Of a stretch of 64,000 nt of DNA, positions 11,681-23,900 are shown one piece after another (position 1 is the first letter of the stretch; each line of letters opens with the position of its first letter). Location: assembly GCA_036172245.1 (NCBI GenBank), contig JAYWIR010000009.1, forward strand, positions 3,906,001 through 3,970,000. Reading direction: 5' to 3'. The notes below the pieces were generated by a model that saw only the letters and a program-made list of their open reading frames with translations, did not search any database and was not told the origin of the DNA. This DNA comes from Raillietiella orientalis. Lineage: Eukaryota. Position numbers and translations under genes: made by a program.

Positions 11681-12545
11681 ACTTTTTTTTGTTAAATATT
11701 TGTAATGTAGAAGTATTATCAAAACCATTTATGAGAATGCCACAACTATTGTTATTTAGTCTATTGCTAACTTCCAAAATATTAGTTTGTGCGTTGCTGC
11801 TACTTTCTAGGTAGGTGTCTGGTAAGGAGGAAACGATAAAGTTTTCTGTGTTTTCATTGAAAGTATTCAATTTTGAGTTTGATGTCAGAATTTCTTGAAC
11901 CTTCTCCGATTTTGTAATCAGAGATGTTCCCTTCATTGCATAAATGGATGTAAGAGTAGTTTGAGTACCTTGTGTCAGCATTTTGTTTATTGCAGGGTTT
12001 GTTTTTTTATCACATGCGCTAATCTTTTCTTTTTTCACTTTGAAATCGCTTAAATCATCACTATTACAAAGATCGCCTTTATCAATGTCACCCAATTTAT
12101 TTGCAGCTTCTCTAATCATTTCAGGTACACTCAGCTTGATTTTCTTTTCCGTGTCACTGATATGCACATCCTGCCTTTCGGCGGAATCCAATCCTTTGAG
12201 TAAATCATTTCTGCAAATGTAATTACACAGTTTTTGATAACACTGGATGAGCAATTTCATTTGAACGTTTTCCGTGTAGTCCGAGTAATCCTTGCCACAT
12301 ATGCAACAAGTCTTTGCACAGAGTTTATTATTTCGGCAACTTTTGCAAATGCTATGGTGGCATTTGTTTTCTGCAGGAGAACATGGCTCATCTAAAAGAT
12401 TATCACAAATAACGCATGACAATAACGATCTCAGCGCAGGTATCAACCGCTGAATTTCTTGGATCGTGTGGTTATCATAATCGGGGCTTAAAATCAACCG
12501 ACAAAAGGCAATGTACGAGTTAACTACATTCGCTAGAAACGACAT
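11565..12545 (-). CDS. msl2: Truncated MSL2 copy: RING retained, CXC lost, novel C-terminal tail read from antisense coilin B
   Basis: Identical to the 38287 ORF up to ...LQIFNKK, then KFKAPYLHTEYC...KENS*. The breakpoint is at about 11680, just before the CXC domain. Confidence 0.8.
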   Translation of the reverse strand: MSFLANVVNSYIAFCRLILSPDYDNHTIQEIQRLIPALRSLLSCVICDNLLDEPCSPAENKCHHSICKSCRNNKLCAKTCCICGKDYSDYTENVQMKLLIQCYQKLCNYICRNDLLKGLDSAERQDVHISDTEKKIKLSVPEMIREAANKLGDIDKGDLCNSDDLSDFKVKKEKISACDKKTNPAINKMLTQGTQTTLTSIYAMKGTSLITKSEKVQEILTSNSKLNTFNENTENFIVSSLPDTYLESSSNAQTNILEVSNRLNNNSCGILINGFDNTSTLQIFNKKKFKAPYLHTEYCPMVNFLQILHQIFLEFSVHLHLKKENS

Positions 12546-12749
12546 TTATTGAGAACTACGAGGGCTGTAAACTGTAAGCACGTGCTCTACATCCAATGAT
12601 TAAAATGATACGCTTCACTTTTTGAAAAGGAAACGTATGAAGCGTAAACACAAGGGTACACCGCCGTGCTGCCAGAGTGCCCGCTGCCGTTCCCGCCCGA
12701 ATGGAAGAAAAGATTCCGCTTGCAGGGAATCTTTTCCCTTTGGGCCGGA

Positions 12750-14100
12750 GGGACGTGGCAGCAGCCTTCCAGCGTGCAATGTTCCATTTCCGTTTCTCTC
12801 GCGAAAAGGGCACCTCTTCCGTTTCCACAACACCTCTCCCGGAGGATAACCCTCGTCACTCCCCCCCCCCCCCGCCAACACCATCCATATTTCCTTTCCC
12901 TCCTTCGTCGCGCAAACAGCCACAGCCCCTCCCTCCTCGCAGGCATGCATTCCCGTCCTCTTTGTGCAAAAAGGCACCCCAAGAAACAAACATACACCCT
13001 GCAAGAAGTGCGTGCATCGCATCGACGCACTCTGGAAATGTCCATCCCGACAGCGGGCCCGCTCGACGGAAAAACACCAAGCGCCTGCTTCCTTTCCCCT
13101 CCGGGGCAATCGGAAAACTGCATTCATCCGCAAATCGTGTGTTCATTTGGCAACGATCCTGGCGGAACGCATCCCAGGAAGCAGAAGGAGCAGCGCGGCG
13201 GCCGCACATTCCTCACAAGAAAACGGTTGGCTTGGCTTCCCCAAAGAGAACGAACCCTGCTGCAGTCTCCAAAGTTCCCGGATTCCTCGGGCACTTCCTC
13301 CGCTTTTCCGACAACCGTTTCGTCTGGCTGCTCGACCCAGGATGACCTTCGCTTGCGCCAAGCGCCGCTTTCCTCCCAAGCCACTGCCGGGAAGCAAACG
13401 TCGCAACGGGAAGACACGCAGCACACCTCGGAAAGCCGTGGCGCTTTGCACATTCGACTTGCGGCCGACGAAAGAGTGGATCATCCACCTTCTTCCATTC
13501 CGTACGGCCTCTCCGATTCCAGACGAGCGACTCGATTACCGGTTGAGGCTGCACATTTCATCCTCCGGCCATTTGCGTTTCCATGGCTGTCCCACCAGAG
13601 GGACACGGAAGGAGAAGCACCTCGGCGCGTGCAAACCGCAGGCCTGCAGGGAGAACAGAAAACGCGCCTTCCGCTTGGGCTGCCGACGGTCCATTCTCGG
13701 CGGAAAGCGACCAGGATGCCCGTCTTCCCGGGCAAAAAGTGTGTAACTTTTCGTTTCGGGGAGCGCGCCATCGTTCGCATCGCACCATTTCACGTGAAAG
13801 TGCCTCCCAACGTAGTGGAAACTCGTAAAGAGGGGGTGGGTGGTGAGAAATCGACAGTCTCGACGAAAGCAACCCTCTCCCCCAACCCCGTCGTTTCCCG
13901 GTGATCCAAAGTAGCCCTTTACGACACGTACCGCACTAATAAAGATGTGCAGCAAGTTTGCAAAAGGAATTGACTCTGCAATTAGGAAAGCAATTTACCT
14001 GCTCGCCAAAAGTCTCAGGGAAACAATTCTCCTGTGGGGGAGGGAACTGGGGGGTGGGGGTGGGGGGAAGGAAAGAAAGAGAAAGCAATGCACCGCCGAC
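12750..14100 (-). mobile_element. Decayed non-LTR (RTE-like) reverse transcriptase relic; mirrored at ~36730-38080 (+)
   Basis: Ordered motifs: DCRFLTTHPLFTSFHYVGRHF, WRLQQGS (GxxQG), TRFADEC (FADD), AVGMDISRV...VCFLG. Confidence 0.5.
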
Positions 14101-15099
14101 AGGAGTGGAAAACGCGGAAACGCAAACATCACGAACGAATGCTCGAGTTGCCAAAGGCCGGTTCCTCTTTTTTCCGTCCCCAATCTTTTCAAAGAGTCGT
14201 TTCCTTCACTGCGCTGCGGATGCACGAAGCGAAATGAAAATGTCAACGGGATGTTTGAATCGAACAGGGAAAACTCGAGGGACAGCCCCTCATCCCGCAA
14301 AACAGGACAGACAGCGCTGTTTCGCTATCCCCATGATAGTCCGTTGCTGCTGAACATAATGGAAAGGGAAATAGAGACGATAAGAATCCAAATCAAGCTT
14401 GCCGTTAGATAGGCAACTGGACGGCATCCGTTTCTGCTTCAAGATGGCGTCTTCGACGGATCCTCTCTTGCTTTCCAACATCATGGTGACGGAAATCACC
14501 CGTCCGCGTGCAAGGAAACAGAAAGACCCCCCTTTCCTTCGCTGAGGATTCCGTTCCAACAACCACAAGCAAGCAAGCAAGCAAGAAAGCAAGCAAGAAA
14601 GAAAGAAAGCAAGAAAACGAGGAACAACAACCCACGGGTGGTGCATTCGTGGTTTTGGAATTCTCCTTCACGATGGGAGCTTCCCATTCTTTTCCCTTCC
14701 AAATCGCCGCAGATGGCTTTTCAGTCGCAGCACACAATGCAACCACTGAACGCCCCACCGCAGACGACTGGCAGTAGCAACGGGAGCAGCCCTGTGAAGA
14801 TGGTTACTTCCGTCTATCCTGAGACACGAACGGCACCTCGACCTACCTCACGTGACGAAGCCACGGAAGAGGGGAAAAAAGATGCTGTATGATCATCATT
14901 CCGTTCAGGATGAACCGAATCTGTCCACGAACGGGAACGGAAAATGGTAAGCGAAGCTTCACCTGGAGAAATCTACCACCAGCCCGGAGTGGTCGTCGAA
15001 GCAGCAGCAAAAGACAGAGAGGGAACGGGGATCCTTTCCCGATCAGCCTTTGAACCTCTGTGGGAAAGGCAGACAATTCGTGAGAAGCAGGAAGAAATG

Positions 15100-15870
15100 A
15101 TCACGAGCGATTCCGTCCAACGCTCGGTGGCTGTGCGGTCTCGTGGCAGCGGGCTGCGGCTTCCCGGTAGGCATGTCCACGATCAAGGCGTGGAAAACCC
15201 TCCGAGCCCTCCCCCCCAACCACGCACAGCGGTTTCCCTTCTTCCTCTCGCCATGATTTGTTTTTGTCTTTTTCCTTTTCCTACGCCCTTCCGTGGCTGC
15301 CTCGCATGCATCCTCCGATGCCAGCGAATGCGTCTCTCGTTAGAAACGGACGGGCGTTGCTGGCCGTTTGGTTTCCCACGTCGCAGGGTTCCCATCCCGC
15401 GGCCCGCCTCGTTGATCGTTCGCACATGCCGCACGATGCAGAAATTCGTTCGCCCCGAAATTTCAGGAAATGCAGAGGAGGAATTTGGCGCGACTTTCCA
15501 CTGTGCAGCACACTTTCCAGCGAATGCGATTCGTTCGTTTGTCGTTTCTTCGATGCGAAACTTCGCCCGGCCGACGCGTCCACTTCGGACTCGTTCTTTG
15601 CCCGCCGCGGCAAACGGCGTTCCGCAGCAACGTCGAATCGGATCCTTCGACAGAGTCGTCGATCCATCTGGCGAAACGGCGTCATGCCCAATGCACTTCT
15701 TGCACAGTGAGGTCCGTCCTTCGAGCAGAACGTTTCCTTCTTTGGCCGACATGAGGCAGTTCCATCAGGCGGCCACGTCGCGTCGCGCGTTGCCTTTGAC
15801 CGTCGCCACGCAGCAGATGCACCCTTCACCGAAGAAGATTCCTTTCCGATTGCTTCAGGTGCTCATCGGA
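15100..15870 (+). mobile_element. Possible decayed LTR-element integrase relic; mirrored at ~34960-35730 (-)
   Basis: CILRCQR, PEISGNAEEEF, PAAANGVPQQR (PQxNGxxER), PSPKKIPFRLL. Confidence 0.35.
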
Positions 15871-15899
15871 ATACGATCGTCTGCCAATTGGGATTCGAC

Positions 15900-16900
15900 G
15901 AGCGCTTCCTTCGCAAGTCGCCTCGCTGCCTCACTCTGGATGATCTTCCAGGAGGAAGCGCTTTCCACGAAAGGATTCCATTTTTTTGGACTTTTTGGCA
16001 AACTCCGCATCCGTCTGCAGCGCAACCAGACGAGCTGGTGCGAATCACACTACCTTGCATCCATTTGAATGTGGCGGTGGTGGTGACCGAGCCGCGAGTC
16101 TTGGATATGCGTTTCATGAAAAGCCCCGGGATGAAAGGCGCGTGCGCGCACCATGGCAAACGCGAAAGAATCGCAAGAGGAAGAAACGTCCGCGCACATG
16201 AGAAAGGGTTGGGCACGGAAGCATCCGTTTCGAACTTGGCGAGGTCGATTCGGGTACGGCAAGGCTTGTCCTCGTCCGCCTCCACGTTCTTCCGCTTTCG
16301 AAGGTACGCTGCATCCGGCACACCCGGCTCGCAACCTTCGTTATGGAATCGGCTCGCTGTGCCGATGAGAATGGTCTTCGCACCGAGTTGACCGCGGAGC
16401 AAATCTTGGCGCGTCTCCTAGCCGAATCGGCGATTGCTGAAAGATTGTTTCAATCTCACTCATCCTTGCAAGGCATTTCTTGCTTCCTTGGCAACCAACA
16501 AGAGCGAAGCCGCTGCCGCAGGCTTGCAACTCACCTCGCCCCGCACGTCCAGCAACGAAGGACGCTTTGCCAGCCGCCGCAGGTGCGCAAAGGCCATCAT
16601 CGCATGCGTAACCACGCAGCGCTGACCACTTTTCTCGAACGATCACGTTCCCAATATGGTGCGAAACGTGCGGGACGCGCGGATGCGAGGCCGTGCAAGC
16701 AAGCGCTTCCTCGCGCAACGACTTCGCCGTGCGTCGAACCGGCCGTGACCTTGCGCGCTGCTCGCGGCAAGGTCACGGCGGCGAAACGACGACGAAGCGA
16801 ATGGCCTCGTTGCGCTGTCGGAGCTGGTGCTCAATCACCGTGGTGTCCACGGTGATTGCAAGGTTCAGCATGCCTCTCGCCGGATTCGCCATGTCGCGGA
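15900..16900 (+). mobile_element. Possible decayed non-LTR RT relic; mirrored at ~33930-34930 (-)
   Basis: SGTPGSQPSLWN (cf. GxPQGSxLxPxLWN) followed by AAAAGLQLTSPRT (cf. GLxLNxxKT). Confidence 0.35.
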
Positions 16901-17177
16901 TGTCGTGGGTTTAGCGGGCCGGAGTTTTCCGCCTGAAACCGAGGGATCCATTCGCTTGGGGGGGGCGGGCACAAGGAAGGAAAAGTAGCTGGGAGGCAGG
17001 ATCAAGCTCCGTGGAGTTTGCCCGGCATCACCCTGCCGCGCGCGTGCGCTTTCCCTCAGGGGCCGTTCGCGGTCAAGGGCAAATGCGGAAGTTCTGGAAC
17101 AGGGGCGCATCCGACGCGAGCGGAAAAGCAGTGTGCCCTGCTGCTGCTGCTTTTCTCCGTAAAGGGAAAGGGAAAGG

Positions 17178-17209
17178 GAAGAAGAAGAAGAAGAAGAAGA
17201 AGAAGAAGA
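17178..17209 (+). repeat. (GAA)n microsatellite; mirrored at ~33623-33654
   Basis: Direct read of the sequence. Confidence 0.95.
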
Positions 17210-17399
17210 CTTTGACCCGCATCGCCTCCCCGGTAAGGACGCTCGTCCTCGCCATCGCGGCAATGCGTTCGTTGGAAGGAATCGAACGTTGACTGCGGAA
17301 CAGGGGTGCTCCCGACTGTCCACTCTGCTTTTCTGCCTGGGGCTCGCCAGCGGGAACTGCGTAGTCTGCAACCGCCACGGGATATCTCTTTCCCGCAAC

Positions 17400-19050
17400 G
17401 CAGGACGATCGCTGGAGAACTTTTGTCGATTGGGACATCCAGGGACTGCCGCCGTGTGTAGCTTTGAGCCCGAGGACCCCGCGGGGATGCGTTCCGATGG
17501 GAGGCCGGCCATCGGCGGAAAACGAGCGAGCACGCTGTGCAGCTCGCGCATCCGCGTGCGAAAGAGAGCGAATTGCAAGTGGCCTTGAGGATGAGCGTGC
17601 GAGGCTGAATGGAGAAGAGGAAGAACTTGGCGACCACCTGCAACACCTGAAATGAAGAGCAGCCGAGCGGTTGCGTGCCTTCGAGCTCTTTCGGAACCGC
17701 TCACTCCTTGTGGTCCAGCCGGGCGCGGGATTCAGCACGCCAACGGCGCTTCGGTCGGCCGGCCGAGTTCGGTTGCCGGTTCGACTCTGCGAGATGCATC
17801 GCGTAGACAGTCTCTTGCTTTTTCAATTTTCCTCGAAGAGGAAAAAAGTCCGACCCTCGCGGACGACGCCTCCGTCTCGTTCTGCTGCTTTTCGACCAGC
17901 GTTCGCCGCCGCCACATTCGATGCCCGAGGAAAACGCGCTCATCTGTTCGGGCGTACTTCAGCCACTCGAGGAAAGGACTTTCGAGTAAAGTTCGCTGGA
18001 CCATCGCGTCAGCTGTCCTTCTTCAGCAAGGTCGTGTGGTCGCAGTCACGCCTGCAACGACTCAGCCCCATCATCCCGAAAGACGAACTGCCAGTTCTTT
18101 CGCCTCGGCTTGGACGAGCGCACGCTACCATCTCCGTGCGGAGCAGCAACGCGGCTGCAGGAAGGCGGCAACGGAAGCAAAATGGCACGACAAAATGGCC
18201 GCAAAGATGTGGGGATTTATCCGCGTCCCCACGGTGGAATAGTTCGCTTTCACGGCCGCTTTCGCGAGCGCTGCGTGCCTCTTTTCCGACCTCGGCACCA
18301 GCTGCCCACCTTCCCGAACCGCCGGTCGCCTGCCTCCCTAGGGGAACGCCGGCTCCGGAGACCGATTGAGCTCGGAAACGGAAACGCGCCCACCGTCTCG
18401 AGGTGTGCGCGATCCGTGCTCGAAAGGAGGGGAAGGGGGGGGGGGGAAGGCAGTTTCGGGATCCTCCTCCGCAAGGGGCCATCCAAGGCAACCAGCGAGT
18501 CGATGCCACCTTCCCGAGCTGACGGGATGCCGAAGGAGGAGCACCCTTTTCTTCTTCCCGTTGTGCCGGTCGTCCCGCATCGCTTGGTGGTTACGATTGC
18601 ATTGCGAGGTCGCTTCCGTTTGCCATGAACCCCGCCCTGTTTTTTTTGCACACCGTTGCGTGCGTTCCTCGTTCCTGCATGGCTCACGCGTGCGTGGATT
18701 TGCTTGGATCGAACGGGAAGAGACTGTCGTGTCCTCCGCTGCATTTCGGGCTTCCGTCAAGCAAGATGAGGACTCGATTTTCGAGGCTGCCCGTTTCCAA
18801 CGCGCACCCTTCTTCAAACTTGCTTTCCCCCCCAACCCGATCCACGCTCCTGGCTCTCGACTGGCCGTGGAGAACTGCCCGCGTTTCGGGTGGGTGGGTG
18901 GCTGCGGCCGCGCGAATCGAAAACCACGTGGATTCGTTCATCCCTTCCCGAATTTATGGATATCTGCGGTCGACTCCTCTCCGATTCTCGGCAAGATGCA
19001 CGGCGTCGTCGGTCGGTTCGTGAATCTTCAGCTGGTGGTAGCACCTCGCG
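17400..19050 (+). mobile_element. Decayed Ty3/gypsy pol relic (RT-RNase H-integrase); mirrored at ~31780-33430 (-)
   Basis: DHLQHLK...ERLRAFEL (RT), IASAVLLQQGRVVAVTPATTQPHHPERR...AWTSARYHL (RNase H), RFQRAP...NPIHAP...WISAVD (integrase), in the expected order. Confidence 0.55.
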
Positions 19051-20565
19051 CAGTGGCGCGGAGGCCCCTTTCCGTCCCGAGTGCGCAGGCGCGTGTCCGT
19101 TGCTTTGCGTGCACCCGCAAGCAAGTAGAGGACGTCCGTGCCGGCTGCCGTCGTGCTTTCTTCGCCGAGCAGCCGTCGGCTGCAGCCGCGATTCGTCGAC
19201 GGACGAGTTCGTGACCTGCGGACTTGCTCGTCCTCGACGCTGCCGTGTTTGAAGTTCCCGGATTGCGCGATGCGCCCGGACTCGGATGAGCCGCAGGGAA
19301 GACGAGGATTGGCACGCGGGTGGGCATCCGCGGTCTCGTTCGACGGCACGGTGCTCCTTGCGTGCTCCTTGAACTCCAGCACCCACACCGTGTTATGGCA
19401 CGTGACGGTGATTCGCTGCTCATCGTCGCCCGCGTGCAAGCGATGCAGTTCCGATTCGTGCAAGCGTTTGCTCCCGAACGACTGGAACACGAAGTGGATG
19501 GTTTGCAGACATCGCTGGTTGTCGAAGTTCCAAATTTTCAGCACCTGGAGATGGAGAACGTGGACGTGAGATGTTCGGGCGGGCGGCGAGGTTTCTCGAG
19601 AGACGTGACCCGTCCTCAGGTTCGAGGAAAGGGAAAGGAAAAGACCGCGAAATTGTGCGAAATTCCGCAAGTTTCCGTGCGTCCGCAAACGCCCGGTCCA
19701 CCAGCCGACGTCTTTCCTGCGTGCGCTCCCCTTCTCTCTTCCCGCTGCTCTCTTGGCAACTCACCGGACTACAAGGGAGTCGTCACTTGACCGCGCGGAG
19801 AGCCGGGAGATTGTGGGCGGAAATCCGGCAACCGCGAGAATGCAGATTCGTTCGGGGAGGTTTGGGCACGCTCGTTCCCGGTCCAGGGAAGCGGTCTGCG
19901 CACTCCTTCTGCCGTCTTCGTTCCCGAAACCCTAGCCGGAAGGGTTGCCGACCGGAAGCGTGCAGTCCGAGGAAAGCGGCTTGTCTGCGCGCCGGTGCAC
20001 GAAAACACCGCGCTAACCCCGGAGAATATTTTGTGCCCCGGAGGCGACGATGCAACCGATTCGCTTGGATGGATGAACCGATGGGCCGATGGGACGTCCG
20101 TCAGGCATCGCATGCGGATGGTGACCACTTTGGAAGAATTTTGGGAGAAGAAGAAAAATTTGGAAGAAAGTTCGTGAAGTGGTAGGCGTGCTCTCTTCCT
20201 TGTGTGGACGGCCTCGCCCGGTACGTTCGTCCGCCTAGTTCGGGCAAGAAGAAGCATCGTGGCGCATCGAAGGCGCCAGATGGGAGCGGTTCGTTGCCCC
20301 TTGCATGCCGCCGTGGCTAACGTGCAAGAAGTGGTGGCTTCGAACAACACTGCATGGCCATGCGTCCCACGTCCGCCGCGCTCTGCGAGCATCGCTTTCT
20401 GCTGCGCAATCCTCGTGCGTGCGTTCTCGGGATGAACGACGCAAAACGCCAAATAGGTGCACGCGCGTCCGCGCACGTGCGCGCAGCGTACGGAGGTGCA
20501 GTTTCCCTTCGAGCATCTTCGCCCGAAACGATTCGGAAAGCACAAGATACGTTCTTTCTTCTCTT

Positions 20566-20608
<43 letters not shown>

Positions 20609-23600
20609 TGTCGGTGTGGGAATTCGCAGTGCGAATTGAACAAGGACGACGAGTGAGCGTGCGCGACCGAAGGATTCCATCCTTCCTTTTTTTTTTTTTT
20701 CTCCTTTTTTATGTTTTCCCGTCTCCTTCGCAAAGACGTGCTGCGATGAGCTTTTCCTTCGCGCCAGAAGATCGGAACTCGAATGGCTCTCGGTGGATCG
20801 ACCTTGACGGTCTGCAAAGAATCGCCGGAAGGCGAGAAGGGACCAGGGGAATCTGCACGTGCGGGGGGCTTCTTCTGTCCGGGTTTCGATGAGCATCCGA
20901 AGTGGCGAGCAACTCTTGACCCGAAGGATCCGAAAATCCGAACCGAATGCAGCCCGAGGCACGGATTCGGCGAATGGCGTGGGATGCCAGGAAGAGCTGC
21001 AACGAGGCCTTCAGTAAGGACTGATTTTCCTTTGCATGTTCGTCTCGTGGGGTACACGGAAGGAAGGCCATTTTCTTACCGCCCACGAGAAAGTCTTCCC
21101 ATCATCCATTCATCCGCACATCCACATTTGCGTACAGGCGTTGTACAGGAAACGCACTACCAAGTAAGTGCGAGACGGTGCGCGCATGGAAACGCACCTA
21201 CTCGGATACGCCAGAAAGGATCTCGGATCTCCGTTTGTTTTTCGTGTCGCCTTGCTCGCGTGCGTTCCCTGCTGCTGCACGTGATCATGCAATCCGTGAG
21301 GCGTGCTCCGTGATCTCGGTCCACTGGGGAATCTGCGTTGCCTGGAAATTGGGTTCGCGATGAGAATCCTTCGCCGCTGGGCTTGTTCGCACGGGCGGGT
21401 TCGTTCGTGTCATCCTGGCTCGGTGCCGCCGGTTCGTGCGTATCCACGAAACGCTCCCGAATCAAAGAAAGGAATACCGAAATGTTAAAGCAACGAAACG
21501 CCCTTTCCAACGTCGTCGGGAAGATCTCGCAGCTTGCGAGCGAAGAAATCCGAGCGGTTCCGCGAGTGCTGGGATCGTCGTCGATGGATGGTGATTTGTG
21601 ACGGGTTGGTTGCAAATGTTCCTGCACTGGCTGCTGACACCGGAAAGAGTTTGTTTACGTGGCACAAGCGCGCAGCCGTCCGCCACCGCGTTCTCCACAT
21701 CTGTCCTACCACCCAGTCGAGAAAGCAGTAACGGTTCTATTACTCGTTCCTAGGGATTTGTAGAGTTCCTCTCTACTCCATCTCGTCTCCGTCCTCTTGG
21801 CGCGTTTCCTCGTTCGCTGGATAGCATGATTCTGGACCCGTTCCGAGGATCTTTTTTCGCTTGCTTTTTTCGCACCCCACCCATTCTTCCCCATCTTCCC
21901 CGCAAACAAATTCCGACTGTCGATGACTGCGCTCTCCGCGTTTGCACCGTTCATTCGAGGATGGGTGAAGAGCTTCTAAAGAAGCCAAGAATAGCGACAT
22001 AGAAGTTGATCATTTCTACTACATAATAGAGCGGAAACCTAGGGCATTGCATGGAAATACGGAGACCATTAGCCACGAATTAACGATAACCGATGGCATT
22101 CATCCGAGGTCGGCTTCGATCCGAGTGCGACTGTGAGCTACGAATTGAACCATTTGGCTTCCACCCTCACATGGTGGATTGCAATCCAGTTTCCGGTCGG
22201 AAGCACTAGTTTCCCGTCTTCAATGGAATCCAGATATGTGCGTGAGCACTGGACGGTAGCTTGAAACGCAACCGGAGCAGGCTGTGTGTATGGGAAACCG
22301 CTATTGCCCCTGGACGTGTGTGCATTCGGAGGAGGAGCAATGGACGGGCGTTTTATCAATACGCCCATGGACGAAAACGCGAGCTTTCAAGTGCAGTCGC
22401 GGCAGACAGTGTTGTTGGGTTGCACTGCTGAAAGAGAAAGCAGGGTCGTTGGGACACTGCGACTACCTTCATATTCAGAACATTCATTATGAAGATACTT
22501 TGCATAAAAGGTCAACAAACGGACCCAAAACGATATTTTTGTATGGAATGCGAAAGCTATGCAGTAGAGTAGTAGTTGTCTATTCTGTGGGAGTCTCAAT
22601 AGTAAATGTAATAAAAGTGTTGTATTATAGGGACGAATAAAGATTAAATGTTGCAATGATCTTTGCATTGATCTTTGAATTGCTTCTGAACACATCTTGA
22701 CATCTGCACCCTGTCAAAAGGAGAGGAAAAAAAAAAAGGCTCTTTCGAAGTGATTTTGATCTCGGAGCTGGAGGGCAAACGTCCCCATTTTGGCTCTAGG
22801 GAAATTAACGTAGGGTGGCACGCTCTGATCGCTTACCCGCTCTTTGTCGATGCTCATGAAAATGTCCCTTTCTTCTAGCACGGCGACGTCGGAAATCTGG
22901 TCTCTGTGGCCGTGGACGAAGTGGGTCGGTCTCTTCTGGACGAAGATGTTCCAGATTCGGAGAACGGCGTCATAGCCACCGGAGACGACGGCCTTCCTGC
23001 TCGCATGGAAGGCGAAACAGGAGGCGCCCTGGGTAGAGACGTCGCCCTTGGCGGTTCTCCTTTCTTCCTTCCTTCCCGTCTCACCTGCTCGATTTTCATG
23101 ATGTATCGCAGGTCCTCCGAGTGCAGCCTCGTGAAGACGAGTGAATCTGACGGATTCCGGCTGCAGCTGATCATCATGTTGCTTTCTTCCGCGAAGTGGA
23201 TCCTCTCTACTCCCGAAGAATGCACTCTGGGTAGGTACCTGCAACCAGCCGGGTTGTTTTGGGAAAGGAGCTGTGCAAGAGTGATCGCCAATCCAAAAGA
23301 GGGTCGCAAGGCACCTTCCAGCTGATGGTGGTGGCATCGGCTGCGCCGCAACCTCCGGGGACTTTGGAAGGAATGCCGCTGACCCCGAACAGCCCGATCC
23401 CGCCTTTGATGTCCCCCCAGCAGAAGCGAACAGCTTTCGGTCCCAGCCTCTCCTCCGCCAACGGGGACGTGTCCAGACAAAGAGGTATGGCGGGCATGCT
23501 GACGATCACGTGGCGCCTCGGCGAAGCATCTTCCAGCACGTGGAGGAGGCGCATCTCACCCAAGGAAGTGGCGTACGCCAGCATCTCGGCTCCGCGCAGG

Positions 23601-23900
23601 TACACGGCGTCTGTGATCCAGCAGCGCTCGGAAGCAGCTGCGCCAGCTCGACCGTTGTGTTCCAGGGCCACTCGTTTCAGCAGGACCGCCCTTCCGTCAA
23701 AGAAAGACGCTATCCCCCTCCTCGTGACCGCCAGATACACCTCAGGAACGAACCGCACTTTGAAAACCCTCAGGATGGAACTGTCCTGAGGCCAATCTTC
23801 AAGCTGCTACGCTTGTTCCCCGCTCACCTCGGAGAGAAACAGCTTGCTCTTCGATGTGTGCCTGAGCAGTCCCCTGCTGGCGCCGCATTGCCGCTGCATC
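18954..23900 (-). CDS. WDY / WDR49-family WD40 protein (exons ~23900-23828, 23785-23315, 23270-23085, 23028-22837, 19544-?); 5' and 3' ends uncertain
   Basis: Phase-0 GT-AG introns of 42, 44, 56 and 3292 nt join an open frame: WITDAVYL...FCWGDIKGGI...RVHSSGVERIHFAEESNMMISCS...GASCFAFHASRKAVVSGGYDAVLRIWNIFVQKRPTHFVHGH...SIDKER|VLKIWNFDNQRCLQTI. This resembles the WDR49/EFCAB8/WDY family as I recall it. Confidence 0.7.
20568..20603 (+). repeat. (GTC)n microsatellite; mirrored at ~30229-30264
   Basis: Direct read of the sequence. Confidence 0.95.
20850..22442 (+). mobile_element. Decayed Ty3/gypsy RNase H-integrase relic inside the WD40 gene intron; mirrored at ~28230-29980 (-)
   Basis: LDPKDPKIRTECSPRHGFG (TDASxxGxG), YTEGRPFS (YLEGRPF), SCRLARVRSLLL (GRLARWxLLL), ERFRECWD, then the same integrase motifs as at 4602-5437. 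Confidence 0.55.

Larger units (their letters stand above)
11680..22442. repeat. Left arm (10.76 kb) of large palindrome
   Basis: ORFs are mirrored at constant coordinate sum 50832. Only about 5 substitutions and one homopolymer indel were noticed between the arms. Confidence 0.98.
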
